Shown: positions 32,801 through 42,343 of the stretch, in pieces
How the letters are laid out: each line of letters opens with the position of its first letter
Position numbering within the stretch: position 1 is the stretch's first letter
Virus record (IMG/VR): IMGVR_UViG_3300048598_000287
Span: 160,001 to 224,000 of that record
DNA: 64,000 bases
Strand: one strand, 5' to 3'
Origin: a virus
Taxonomy: Duplodnaviria; Caudoviricetes
Made by a program: the position numbers and the translations under genes
The notes under the pieces: model-generated
Told to the model about the DNA's origin: nothing
The model's input: only the letters and a program-made list of their open reading frames with translations
Databases searched by the model: none

Positions 32801-35298
32801 CTGACTTCAAGCACTGGTAATTGCTTCTGTAAATCAAAGTCACTCCTGTAATTGAACGTCCAGTTTCCTGATGTATTTTGTAACTGAGCGGTCACACCTG
32901 ACGCCGATACTCCATCTTCCCATGTAACAGATCCAAGAACAGCGGTGGCGGTTCCGCTCAATGATCCCATGTTTATTCCCTTTAGAGTCAATGTATCATT
33001 TGGCCCTATATGTTGGAACCTGTCTCCATCATCTCCTATGGTGACATCCGTTAAGATGACCGGCGCGACAACTTCCGAGGCTTTTCCGTCTTCGGTATAT
33101 CTAACATTTAGCAAAGTATTTATGTTATTAGTGTGTCTTAGATCAAATTCAGAACTTTGCGGATAAGGAAACTTATCGGACTCAGAGACGGATACTGTGG
33201 AGCTAGGGGTGGATATAAGCGATGCGTCAATTGATACTTCAACATCGGATACATTATATGTTGATATCATTCTGGACTTATTTCTGATTATTGCCCCGCG
33301 TTCCTCTCGAAAACTTGTTGATGAATATGGACATGTGAAGTATAATTTATTTCCGGAAAGTTCAGAAACTACGGCCTCAGTGGTGTCATATCCAGTAGTA
33401 TTCAGAACTTCTATTATATCGCCAGGGGAAAACATTGGCCAGCTTCTTACGTACATGATTTTTCCGCTAGTCAAAACATCAGTATTTATAGTTGCGGCAA
33501 ACCTAGAATTAGCCAAATCAATGTCGATTGAATCACAGACTACATACATATATGTATTGTCAATCGATACGACCGGAGTTTTCTTCGCAAAAATTCCGGT
33601 TGAAATGACCATATATGGCCATTCTTCATTATTTTCCTTTGTAAGAAAGGTAAGATTAGTTGCAGTAGAAGTATCCGATATAGTGACATACAGAGATCTG
33701 CTAGACTTTCCGGTAATCATGTTAAGTGTGAAGTCCTGGTTTATCTCGAATCTTGAATATGTATTTGTAAATCCTGTAGTATAATTTCCAAAATCGCGTG
33801 TCGATAATGTTCCTACATTAGAATCCTGTAGATTTATCTTAGATGCAAAAGATGAATTGATTGCGTCTTCATTCCATGCATCATCAGATACGGAAAATGC
33901 CCTAAGATTCATGCTTGCATTATTAGCATTCGAACTCTTTCCATATATGCTGAATTCGGACACTATACCGGAATTCACCGCGCTATCATAATTATTAGGA
34001 ACAGGAAAATGAACTATCGGGTATGCCTGCCCTTTTATCGCCGATATAGGTGTAGTATCGCCATAAATGGCAGTATCCGCCGACTGAGTGGAATAATATG
34101 TATCACGGTCAGCATAAAATAATGAGGTCATGTCACAATGGGAAACCGCAGTTGCCGGAGCAGCTATGGAGGAGTCCAGATTATAAGGCACGCTTCCGGA
34201 TGGAAGGCGAGGCGTATATATAAGAGTGCATTCCGTTCCTGCAGGAATTCCTGATGAATCTGAATATATCGCCGATATAGAATTACCGCTTACAGCAGAT
34301 ATTTTAATCATCTTTATATATGAAGAATCGCCGAACTTTACTGATATATTATCGCCTGATTCAAAATTATGCGCTCCGCTGGATGTGGTCAATGTAAGAA
34401 GATTTCCTGAATATGAATATGTAGCGCTTTCTTCATATGGACTTAGCTTCCAGACTTCTAGATAAAGATCATTCCATGTGGAGCTAGTGTATTCTATAGC
34501 CGATGTAATAATTTTAGGATTATGATATGTAGAATATGTGAATGTGGTAGAAGTAGGAACCCCGGTAACATAGAAATCGCCAAGATATCTTTCCCCGGAA
34601 GCCTTTCCAAAAAGCCGGTTGGCAGAAACACTGCTGGAAAATATTGTAGCACACATCCCGACCGAAAGCCCATGAGGAGAAGATGTAGTGACGGTCACCT
34701 CAGACGTATTATTTATATCTGTTGCCAGCGTAGTGGTCTTTATATCTGAAATCTGTATCGATGACACCCGCTTTTCGACAAGAAGATTCATTGGATTTAT
34801 TATCTGTGTATTATATTCGTTATATGAAAATGAAGTAGTCAGATCATATGGGTTAAAATATATATTGTCCGCATTTGATGCGCTTATGAGCTTAAACCAT
34901 GCCTCCGAATTAGATGGCATGTTCCCTACCGTGAGAGAAGAATTTATTCTAAGACTAATTTCAGCATCAAACCGCTTTCCGCGGGTTGATTCTATGATAT
35001 TTTCATAATCAACAGATAGGTCTATCCTAGGCGGTCTTCCCGGAATTCTCCAGTCATTGTATGATCCATATACAGATAATATTTGAGACCCACTATCTAC
35101 GTTTATTCCAGTATTTGCACTGATGGATGACAGAAGCGCGAACGTTCTGAAAAAATGCCGTATTCTGAGATTTTGTATTACGGTGTCTGCATCGGGATCA
35201 CCGGCATTTGTGAAAAAATCGTATTTTTCTTTATAATACTGGGCATCTCCGCTAGAGAAAACGTCCTTAGAATTTTGCACTTTTAAATTTATTGCCAT
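29848..35298 (-). CDS. Giant baseplate protein with Ig-like (DUF5011-like) domain and C-terminal gp25-like domain
   Basis: C-terminal LMQNVYTILLTNAGERLYDDEFGS...YEPRV; ITATDYYGNDLS..IDTNVLG.Y; late promoter 35332-35340. Confidence 0.75.
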   Translation of the reverse strand: MAINLKVQNSKDVFSSGDAQYYKEKYDFFTNAGDPDADTVIQNLRIRHFFRTFALLSSISANTGINVDSGSQILSVYGSYNDWRIPGRPPRIDLSVDYENIIESTRGKRFDAEISLRINSSLTVGNMPSNSEAWFKLISASNADNIYFNPYDLTTSFSYNEYNTQIINPMNLLVEKRVSSIQISDIKTTTLATDINNTSEVTVTTSSPHGLSVGMCATIFSSSVSANRLFGKASGERYLGDFYVTGVPTSTTFTYSTYHNPKIITSAIEYTSSTWNDLYLEVWKLSPYEESATYSYSGNLLTLTTSSGAHNFESGDNISVKFGDSSYIKMIKISAVSGNSISAIYSDSSGIPAGTECTLIYTPRLPSGSVPYNLDSSIAAPATAVSHCDMTSLFYADRDTYYSTQSADTAIYGDTTPISAIKGQAYPIVHFPVPNNYDSAVNSGIVSEFSIYGKSSNANNASMNLRAFSVSDDAWNEDAINSSFASKINLQDSNVGTLSTRDFGNYTTGFTNTYSRFEINQDFTLNMITGKSSRSLYVTISDTSTATNLTFLTKENNEEWPYMVISTGIFAKKTPVVSIDNTYMYVVCDSIDIDLANSRFAATINTDVLTSGKIMYVRSWPMFSPGDIIEVLNTTGYDTTEAVVSELSGNKLYFTCPYSSTSFREERGAIIRNKSRMISTYNVSDVEVSIDASLISTPSSTVSVSESDKFPYPQSSEFDLRHTNNINTLLNVRYTEDGKASEVVAPVILTDVTIGDDGDRFQHIGPNDTLTLKGINMGSLSGTATAVLGSVTWEDGVSASGVTAQLQNTSGNWTFNYRSDFDLQKQLPVLEVRNTATATQFKVSSEFLSGDIVTFISTGIYAAGHGSNFPIDSNDPSYIHYAENYYMVISEDGSDYDWIQITKSYVPRYSDTEFDPSAITYVKFSDDEITYINGKIGGAGVQPLYMYNPLTSITIKDTGIDTGSYSNRMYIQIDEKPPVIYVNSLIQSYNTPFDMYVSDVNDIVLLNGSKIPTDIQLVGNKFIKLSVTIKKFGNSSFEFTDSAGNHSKVVISIPNVDTDISVELTGMANTSDNEHVMTFTVTGEAVAIDDTVRTITLAYGNPGIYSSIGRISNIGTIGSVSGNSAQSSFTFNIRMYDSELSTGILKICVGNRYTDTLLHKYAEWYGPVSFPSTKACVSSGDILSFRGVNLQNMDITRSTQNGSFSTVDDIVVNATDTATVTLKSALFHLRWIWLGWTTVTEVLVVDPNTNEQSWVEVFNTKINETDVINYSNIYTDSTHTTKYTGEEAYAITSAAETSGSLLSPSEDDSVYDKYIDNVAYVNGLPIFRTCHPDKLEQYGYAYSTNTAAFKNIDLDGDNNSITYELQMNDALSVSHGDTSYDDMMFVFYINPSTPENPSGSITVEERNSITQNTTTETTSYTLAVSDTTNFAISDIIQDDASTMKIKLADAFIGTHSFAVLWSGPTSGEVISPQVDIGYYLSERVAQAPTISISSDDKYMEVKQYSEWVEPNDITATDYYGNDLSSKIVMSGVIDTNVLGSQYRQYYVIDSCGRKSNVEIREIFVSTGCPVYITSSKPSYSSSENIVLLIDEIKGGLFNQNYLNNIVHFKIEGKDVISSIISATSDRKSITVENPGIIGSKIAVQAFVGFDNDGYPKCEWTNVTYIAIVSPGEASKDISSSIIGTNSISKFSQVNLEPVYTKDLAYSSFSITADENNLMQNVYTILLTNAGERLYDDEFGSTLEKRVFEIITDINGEAKILSECITLVEKYEPRVVILQDKSYISLQSNKNAIDIVLYVRLPRGSARKIALTFRKST

Positions 35299-35377
35299 AT
35301 TTCACCAATACCGACGTATCCCAATCGGAAATAGTTTATAATGCCGGCGAGAAACCTGGCAGATGAACTTTGGACCG

Positions 35378-36238
35378 TCACCAACACTCGCGATCTGATT
35401 CTAACTGATTTTTACGCAAATGCATAAGAATATGGGATCCTATGGCGGAAGTCATGTCGGTAAGATCATTTTCAATAGAATCCACCGGAAAATATTTAAG
35501 CATTTCTTCTGCAATTGTAAAATATTCGGGACTGTTATTTGTCCATGCAGTATATACGAATCCATCGCTTCCGCTAACGAGGCCTATATTCCGTACGGCA
35601 GGATTACCCCCCACTCCGATAAGATAGATGATCCCGTCAGGATTGTCAGAATATGATATCGTACGTCCTTCAGCGCTATAATTTTTATCTAGTTGAAGTG
35701 CATCCATGGAAGATCCATCCAATGCATATACATCTATTATTCCGCCATTAGGAAGGGTAATCGTCCTGATTGCGGATAGATTAGAATCAACTATCACTGT
35801 GCCAAGCATAGACTTGTCAATCTGAGCATCAGGGGAAACATTACCATTCCTTGCCGGAGAAAGCGCCTCATCTATGTGTTCCATGTCATATGCAGATCCT
35901 AGATTATAGACGTTATCATTATTGTAATTAAATACGTCACTGATGAATGTTCCTCCATCAGGCGATTCTGCAATTGAATCTTTATCTTTTCCATACAGCC
36001 TATAGGCAGTGGAAAAAACAAACGGGATGCCGGCAAAATATGAAAAATAGATGGGTTCAAGAGAATATTCACCAGGACCTCCACGAACTATGAATATCGG
36101 CACTATCTTATTTGCAAATGTTTCATCTGAAATAATGGTATCCAGACATGATGCAAATTCTTCCACCAGGCCATTATGGGCAAAATCGTCTGCATGATTG
36201 GTGAAATCCGATAAATATATATAGAAGTCAGACATCAT
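35378..36238 (-). CDS. Hypothetical protein
   Basis: 286-aa ORF. Confidence 0.7.
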   Translation of the reverse strand: MMSDFYIYLSDFTNHADDFAHNGLVEEFASCLDTIISDETFANKIVPIFIVRGGPGEYSLEPIYFSYFAGIPFVFSTAYRLYGKDKDSIAESPDGGTFISDVFNYNNDNVYNLGSAYDMEHIDEALSPARNGNVSPDAQIDKSMLGTVIVDSNLSAIRTITLPNGGIIDVYALDGSSMDALQLDKNYSAEGRTISYSDNPDGIIYLIGVGGNPAVRNIGLVSGSDGFVYTAWTNNSPEYFTIAEEMLKYFPVDSIENDLTDMTSAIGSHILMHLRKNQLESDRECW

Positions 36239-36576
36239 TGCACAAGCTTCTTCAATGGTTTGATAACGGTATCGATGTAATTTGGCGTAATATTTTTATT
36301 ACCTTCTTTCGAAGAGATAAAATCGTTTACTCCCGTGCGGATAGCCTCCGGAATGTCGCTTTTATTAAATTCAGTAGAAAAATCATTCGTTATCTCAATA
36401 AGCTTTCCCTTCTCGATAACAGCCCCCGCCTTCTTGATATCGTTAGCCGTCGGAAGAAATATATCGTTGAACCGGTCTATGCTAAGACGTATTTCAATCG
36501 TGCATGGAATGACATTTATATATCGTCCTATAGCGATTCTGTCTGTCATTGTAAGTTTCAATTTTCCATCATCCAT
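36235..36576 (-). CDS. Hypothetical protein
   Basis: 113 aa, AAGGAG RBS. Confidence 0.7.
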   Translation of the reverse strand: MDDGKLKLTMTDRIAIGRYINVIPCTIEIRLSIDRFNDIFLPTANDIKKAGAVIEKGKLIEITNDFSTEFNKSDIPEAIRTGVNDFISSKEGNKNITPNYIDTVIKPLKKLVQ

Positions 36577-36706
36577 TGTTGTCTCCTTGGTTTAAAACTA
36601 GCGCAATCCATACGCGGTTTAAATTAAAATACATTTTTACTGACAATAGCATCCGCGAATATTATATAAACTACTATAGAATATAGAAAAATAATTTATT
36701 TCAGCC

Positions 36707-36922
36707 ATGAACGAACATTTGCAGACATATAATGGAATTCCTGTTTTTGACGTTCCGATAGGGGATTTTCTGATGGTGATTGATGCCGAAGCCAATGGAA
36801 AACGGCTTTTGTCAAAAAACTTATCAGATGAATCATTGCGCGCGTTTTATATAGCGGAAAGAAAGCCTGCATTTTATGTGATCTTTGGCGGAGTAAGGGT
36901 AAGATACCCTAAAAAGGAGTGA
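36707..36922 (+). CDS. Small late protein upstream of the portal
   Basis: 71 aa after late promoter 36665-36673. Confidence 0.6.
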   Translation: MNEHLQTYNGIPVFDVPIGDFLMVIDAEANGKRLLSKNLSDESLRAFYIAERKPAFYVIFGGVRVRYPKKE

Positions 36923-36924
36923 CC

Positions 36925-38625
36925 ATGCTTTTTAAATCTAAGAAAAAACCAGAAAACATAGCTTCCCTGGTAATGACTCATGTAAGGGATTATGGAGAAA
37001 ATAATCCCAAGGGAGAACTGTTTGACCGGGCATTTAACGGAGAAGACACCCACCGAAGCATTGTAAATTCCAGAAACTCCGTCGGACAGGGATCCAGTCA
37101 GATGATGTATCCCAACGGTCTTTCTCCCGATGGCTTCTCCACATACATGCCGTCGATGATGATAAATGACGGAACGGTAGATCCATCCAGAGTCCAGGAC
37201 GCCATAGCAGAAAACCAAGTACAGCTATACTGGCGTAATAATGTAGAACGAAAAATGAAGTACAATATCATCGCTACACGATCCGAGGTGAACGAAGCAC
37301 TTACTCAGATATGCAACGAAGCTGTATATACCGATGATCTTGGAGATATATGCTCCCTTGAAATAAATTCCTATGCAAACCTAGGCGAAACTACCAAAAG
37401 TGGGTTGCAGACCGTGTTCAAACGGGATGTATTGAGAAAGATATGCAAATTTCAGCGCACCGCATGGAATTACATGAAAAAAATGCTTACAGAAGGCCGA
37501 CTGTTCCTTGAAGTCATATATGATGAGCAGTCTCATGAGATAACAGGCCTTAATCTTCTGCCGGAAGAGAACATGATCGTAATTGTGCAGGATAACCTAA
37601 TAATAGGCTATAGGCAGATGATAACAGGAAATTATTCACATACCGGAAAGAACTATATAGATTTTTCGCCTAACCAGATTCTTTTCCTTTCTCTTGACTT
37701 ATATGGACCGGGTGGGGTAAATGATCCTAGATCCATACTTGAGCCGGCAGTCAAGGCTCATAATCAGCTTAGCACCATAGAGGATTCCGTGGTTATGTAC
37801 CGCGTGCTATGGGGATCTGAGAAAATGGTACTTAAAGTGGACGTCGGAGGGATGCCCAAGCCTCAGGCAGAAAAGCATATGAAGGATCAGTCCAAGATAT
37901 TCTCTCGGCAGATTGACTATAATACCACCACAGGAGAAATAACTAACTGGGGAAAGGCAATAGGGTTGTCGGAGCACTTTATTATTCCTGTAACTGGAAA
38001 CGGAAGCGGATCTAATATAGAAAGATTGGCTGGCGGAGATCAGCTTGGAAATATAGACGACCTTAAATTTTTCAAGAGAAATCTGGTGAATTCCATGATG
38101 GTTCCTCTTGGAAGGATAACTGCTCTTGCCGGAGATTCAGTAAATTATTCAAACGGAAAGATAGGAGAGGTCACCCAGGCGGAAGCATCGTTTGCACGTC
38201 TAATCCAAAGATATCAGGCTCCGATAGAACAGGCATTGGTAAGACTATTCATCATGGTGCTTAATACAAAGAAGGAATTTTCCGACACATTAAAACTAGA
38301 AGAAAACTTTGACATAAAATTCAAACGCAGCAATGGATTCCAGAGCTATATCGATGCCGATGTATGGACATCTCGCCTAACAGTATTCAGTTCAATGATG
38401 GAATTCTGCGTAAAGGATGATGCCCCGAATAACCCGCTTTCACAGGAATATGCCCTTCGATATGGATTGCGTATATCCGATGCCGATCTTACGCTGAATA
38501 AATCCTGGAAAGAGCATGAACAGAATGTCATGCTAGGAGAAAATTCAGGAAGCGGCAATGCCGGAGGATCTAACGAATTCGGCGGAGGAGATATGGCCCC
38601 TGCGCCTATGAGTGGAACAATTTAA
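36925..38625 (+). CDS. gp20: Portal protein (T4 gp20-like)
   Basis: EVNEAL..ICNEA, HNQLSTIEDSVVMYR, VDVGGMPK..AE, GNIDDLKFF. Confidence 0.92.
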   Translation: MLFKSKKKPENIASLVMTHVRDYGENNPKGELFDRAFNGEDTHRSIVNSRNSVGQGSSQMMYPNGLSPDGFSTYMPSMMINDGTVDPSRVQDAIAENQVQLYWRNNVERKMKYNIIATRSEVNEALTQICNEAVYTDDLGDICSLEINSYANLGETTKSGLQTVFKRDVLRKICKFQRTAWNYMKKMLTEGRLFLEVIYDEQSHEITGLNLLPEENMIVIVQDNLIIGYRQMITGNYSHTGKNYIDFSPNQILFLSLDLYGPGGVNDPRSILEPAVKAHNQLSTIEDSVVMYRVLWGSEKMVLKVDVGGMPKPQAEKHMKDQSKIFSRQIDYNTTTGEITNWGKAIGLSEHFIIPVTGNGSGSNIERLAGGDQLGNIDDLKFFKRNLVNSMMVPLGRITALAGDSVNYSNGKIGEVTQAEASFARLIQRYQAPIEQALVRLFIMVLNTKKEFSDTLKLEENFDIKFKRSNGFQSYIDADVWTSRLTVFSSMMEFCVKDDAPNNPLSQEYALRYGLRISDADLTLNKSWKEHEQNVMLGENSGSGNAGGSNEFGGGDMAPAPMSGTI

Positions 38626-38663
38626 CATACTGAAAATTTTCTGAACATCGTTGATTTAATTAG

Positions 38664-38690
38664 AAAAATCCCGCAAAAATGGGATTTTTT
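38664..38690 (+). terminator. Putative terminator after the portal
   Basis: aaaaatccc-gcaaaaat-gggattttt. Confidence 0.5.
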
Positions 38691-38790
38691 AATTTCAATG
38701 CAGATTTTTGCCATATTTTTTTGCTGCGTAAATAGCTCAATAAACTTAAAGTAGAAACCAAGAACAGCGCCAGTGTGCGCAAGGTATATT

Positions 38791-40284
38791 ATGCAGCAAT
38801 TCAGACCAAAATGTGCAACGTCAAAGTGGAGACCCATTCTAGAGTCCAACCTTGGCAAGAAGATCACCTCCCGTGCCGATGCAGCAGTGATATCCACTCT
38901 GCTTGAAAACGAGTGCCGCCTCAATAAGGGATTCCTCCCAGAATCAGCGAACATTTCCGCTGATGTGGCGCAGTATCAGCAATATGCGCTTCCCCTCGTG
39001 CGCAGACAGTTTCCTGAACTGCTTGCCATGCAGACGGTGGCCACCATTCCGACAACGACTCCTAACGGAATTTACTTTGCCCTTCGTTTCCTCTATGATG
39101 ACGAAGCCCCGAAGACCGTCGGTTTCCGTAAGGGTCTCAAGAAGGAAATCGGATATGATCTCGTAGCTGATCATACCGGAGTAAAAGGAACGTTCAATCC
39201 CTGGACGACAACCTCTGGAGAAATGCTTTCCAACTATTCCGAAGGAACCTTCGGAGGCGGAACGTTCAATGGCATGTCCAAGAATTCCGCAAATGGTACT
39301 GGCGATGCATATCTAACCAATAACTTCGGCGATCAGTCCGGCGTTGGCGATTATTATGATGCTGAATCAGGCCATTATAATATCAAGAAAGCCTCGATCA
39401 AGGTTGTTTCCGGTTCGATAAGAGTCGGTACAAAGGGCATCAAGTCCCATTACACCCTTGAACTTCAGCAAGACATGGCAGCTGCTCATGGTCAGGACGT
39501 GGAAGCTCTTCTCCTTGAAGGCCTCCAGTTCGAAATCCAGCAGGAAATCGACCGTGAAATTCTTGCCGCTATGGTTTCTGTAGCCCAGAATCCAAAGTTC
39601 GGTGGTGAATCCGCGATTACGGTTGACCTCTCCGCAAAAGCCAATTTCAACGACGGTCGTTGGGCGGCTGAAAAGATTGCCGGCGGTATCGTCAATACCA
39701 TCATCGGCGTGGCCCGCAAGCTTTCTCTGACGACCCGCATGGGCTCAGGAAACTTCGCGATTTGCTCTCCGAGCATCGTCGCTGCAATTTCCACGCTTAA
39801 TAACGGTATCTACATCCCGACTTATCTCGGAACGGATGCAGCTGTACAGCCGGGTGGCGGAGTAAGCGATGCAGGATCTCTTCTTAATGGTCAGATCAAG
39901 CTCTATCAGGATATTTATTCCTGGCAGGACTATGCGCTGGTCGGATTCAAGGGACCACGTCAGGGAGAATCGGGCATCATATTCATGCCGTACATCCCAT
40001 ACATCTTCTGCAAGACCGCAGGTCAGGAAGATGCATCTCCTCGTCTCATCGTGAAGTCCAGATACGCGATCGTCGCTAACCTTCTCGGTTGCGGACTCTT
40101 CTACCGTGTCGTGCGCTTCATCAACAATGACCTCCTCGGTGTCTCCTTCACGGGCGACATTCCTTGGGAATCCAATGAAGGTCCTACGACCGAAGTGACC
40201 CTGGATACTGTCGGCACATCCGATAATGCCGGGCATACACTTGACCGTCCGTTCAATACGGCGGCTCAGGAAGAGGTCTGGTAA
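38791..40284 (+). CDS. gp23: Major capsid protein (T4 gp23-like)
   Basis: KWRPILE, LLENE, LPLVRR.FP, YTLELQQDM.A.HG.D.E, EIDREI, FMPYIP, KSRYA; highly expressed codon bias. Confidence 0.95.
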   Translation: MQQFRPKCATSKWRPILESNLGKKITSRADAAVISTLLENECRLNKGFLPESANISADVAQYQQYALPLVRRQFPELLAMQTVATIPTTTPNGIYFALRFLYDDEAPKTVGFRKGLKKEIGYDLVADHTGVKGTFNPWTTTSGEMLSNYSEGTFGGGTFNGMSKNSANGTGDAYLTNNFGDQSGVGDYYDAESGHYNIKKASIKVVSGSIRVGTKGIKSHYTLELQQDMAAAHGQDVEALLLEGLQFEIQQEIDREILAAMVSVAQNPKFGGESAITVDLSAKANFNDGRWAAEKIAGGIVNTIIGVARKLSLTTRMGSGNFAICSPSIVAAISTLNNGIYIPTYLGTDAAVQPGGGVSDAGSLLNGQIKLYQDIYSWQDYALVGFKGPRQGESGIIFMPYIPYIFCKTAGQEDASPRLIVKSRYAIVANLLGCGLFYRVVRFINNDLLGVSFTGDIPWESNEGPTTEVTLDTVGTSDNAGHTLDRPFNTAAQEEVW

Positions 40285-40306
40285 TCGCAAGGTTGCTGAA
40301 CTTATG

Positions 40307-40336
40307 AAAAGGGTCCCTCGAAAGAGGGCCCTTTTT
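40307..40336 (+). terminator. Rho-independent terminator of the MCP gene
   Basis: aaaagggtccctc-gaaa-gagggcccttttt. Confidence 0.85.
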
Positions 40337-40351
40337 GTATTTTAAATGGCT

Positions 40352-40410
40352 GAATTCATCTCTCCGGGATAAAGTCCGGAAGTTTTCTTCCGCAAATCTT
40401 ATATAAACTA
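40352..40410. repeat. 59-bp unit: IS200/605-end-like hairpin plus late promoter
   Basis: Homologous to 13104-13162 and 10436-10480. Confidence 0.65.
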
Positions 40411-40432
40411 TATGCGTATTATATTGCATATA

Positions 40433-41719
40433 ATGAAACGAGCACTTGAATTATACGAATCGGTTAAGAGAATGGGCATGAATGAATCCCAGTGCAGGGC
40501 CGTGCTCAAACTATCGGCAGCCATATTCGAAAATGCAAGCGAATTCGAAGATCTAGAATTCGCTGACACAGTAATCAATGCAGTACGTGATTCAGATATA
40601 TATTCTGACATATCCATTGCAATAAGCAGCAAATTTAATGGAAATATCTCAGAAATGCAGGAAGAGTTCGGCTTCCTGTCAAAACGGATTGTCATTTTCA
40701 TTGACGATGGAAAAATTACCGGGTTCCCTGATACGACGCAGAAATATTCATATTCCATCATGGAATATATGTCATCCATAAATAAGGGGAATGCGGTCAA
40801 ACCCGATTTCATGAATCATCAGCACGTCATCTGCATAAATTATAGCATGTATAAGCATGCCAATGCAACAGGAATGTTCTACCCAGGATATGGGAATCTA
40901 GCATATATCGATATATATCTGTTAAAACTAATGAAAAGCCCGTATTTTATTACTTTGCTAAATGAGGCATCTGGGAAATCTCCGTCAGGCAAAATGTACG
41001 ACGCCATGATGCAGCTATTCTCTGACTCCGAAGAAATACTTATACATGAAATAAGCCATTATATAACGGCATATAAAGAAGCCGGAAACACAAAAGGAAC
41101 CCGCCACGATTATAAAAAAATATTGGGAAATCTTGACGAAAAGGAATCGGAACGGTATAAAAAAGGAGACATAAGTCATTTTTATTCCAGTGATTCCGGT
41201 GATGACGAATATTATAAATTGTTATATAACACCGATGATGATGAAATAAACAGCTGTATAAAAGAATGCGCATATTGGTCGATAATTAAAGAAAAAGACA
41301 TAATTAGCAAATCATCGGAATTAAATTCAGACATGTCAGATGAATTCATGAAAAAAACATATGAAACAATATATAAGCGAATGTCAAATGAAATGATATC
41401 ACGGGTAAGCGAAACGCTGGATTTCAAGCGAAACAAATACCCGGTTAACCTTAGAAACAAGATAATGAAACGTATATATTATGTATCAGTGACATTTGCC
41501 GAATATGCAGTACGGTTTCCTGATCAGGCAAAAACGGAATCCCTGGCGGATACTTTGCATGGTATAAGCAAGATGGATTCGGCAGGATTTGATTTCGCCA
41601 TGAAAATAAATCCCGACTCGCCTTATGCAGAAGATATAAATAACGATGCCATGAATATAAGGAAAAAATCACATGGAATGAAAGGATTTTTTGCCAAGCT
41701 GTTTGGAAAAGAGGAATGA
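40433..41719 (+). CDS. Leader-family protein with HExxH putative metallopeptidase motif
   Basis: LYESVKRMGMNESQCRAVLKLSAAIFE|NA; LIHEISH...YNTDDDEINS. Confidence 0.65.
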   Translation: MKRALELYESVKRMGMNESQCRAVLKLSAAIFENASEFEDLEFADTVINAVRDSDIYSDISIAISSKFNGNISEMQEEFGFLSKRIVIFIDDGKITGFPDTTQKYSYSIMEYMSSINKGNAVKPDFMNHQHVICINYSMYKHANATGMFYPGYGNLAYIDIYLLKLMKSPYFITLLNEASGKSPSGKMYDAMMQLFSDSEEILIHEISHYITAYKEAGNTKGTRHDYKKILGNLDEKESERYKKGDISHFYSSDSGDDEYYKLLYNTDDDEINSCIKECAYWSIIKEKDIISKSSELNSDMSDEFMKKTYETIYKRMSNEMISRVSETLDFKRNKYPVNLRNKIMKRIYYVSVTFAEYAVRFPDQAKTESLADTLHGISKMDSAGFDFAMKINPDSPYAEDINNDAMNIRKKSHGMKGFFAKLFGKEE

Positions 41720-42297
41720 TGAAAAAGACATATGCAATATTTACAGAATCCGTCATTAAAATCGGATTACCCTATGTTCAGGAAACCGCGATCATTGCGC
41801 TTGGAAATACATTATTGGAATTTGTTGATCCAAGAAATGATGTTGATCATCCGTCATGTTCCTCCGGTCTTCTTATAACAGATGGAAAGGTATTCCTTGC
41901 GGAACTTCCATATGGAAATATGAAAGGGAAATCTAAACAATATGATCTACCTAAAGGTCATGTGGAAAACGATGGAGAAACCGTAAAGGATGCGGCATTC
42001 CGGGAAGCCCTGGAAGAAACAGGATATAACTGGCAGAAGTATTATGAAAATGCTCATGGAGTATTCCGTAAGCCAGTTCCTTTTCGCAAAGGAAATAATC
42101 TGATGCTATATCGCATTAATCTAGAAGAAATGCCGCCACTTGATTCATATGCATGCAAAAGTTACTTTCACGATGAAAAAAAGAACGCGGCAATGCCTGA
42201 AGCTTGCGCATATGAATATCTACCGCTTAAAGAAATAGGAAAATGGCTATGGCCAGAATTTGACAAGACATTCAAACGGGAAGGAATACGGTTTTAA
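41716..42297 (+). CDS. Nudix hydrolase with N-terminal leader
   Basis: PKGHVENDGETVKDAAFREALEETG Nudix box. Confidence 0.9.
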   Translation: MMKKTYAIFTESVIKIGLPYVQETAIIALGNTLLEFVDPRNDVDHPSCSSGLLITDGKVFLAELPYGNMKGKSKQYDLPKGHVENDGETVKDAAFREALEETGYNWQKYYENAHGVFRKPVPFRKGNNLMLYRINLEEMPPLDSYACKSYFHDEKKNAAMPEACAYEYLPLKEIGKWLWPEFDKTFKREGIRF

Positions 42298-42307
42298 AAG
42301 TAAAACT

Positions 42308-42343
42308 CATATTAAAATGTTTCACGTGAAACATTTTAATATG
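42308..42343. promoter_or_regulatory. parS-consensus site (TGTTTCACGTGAAACA, 42318-42333) inside a perfect 36-bp palindrome
   Basis: catattaaaatgtttcac|gtgaaacattttaatatg. Confidence 0.75.
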
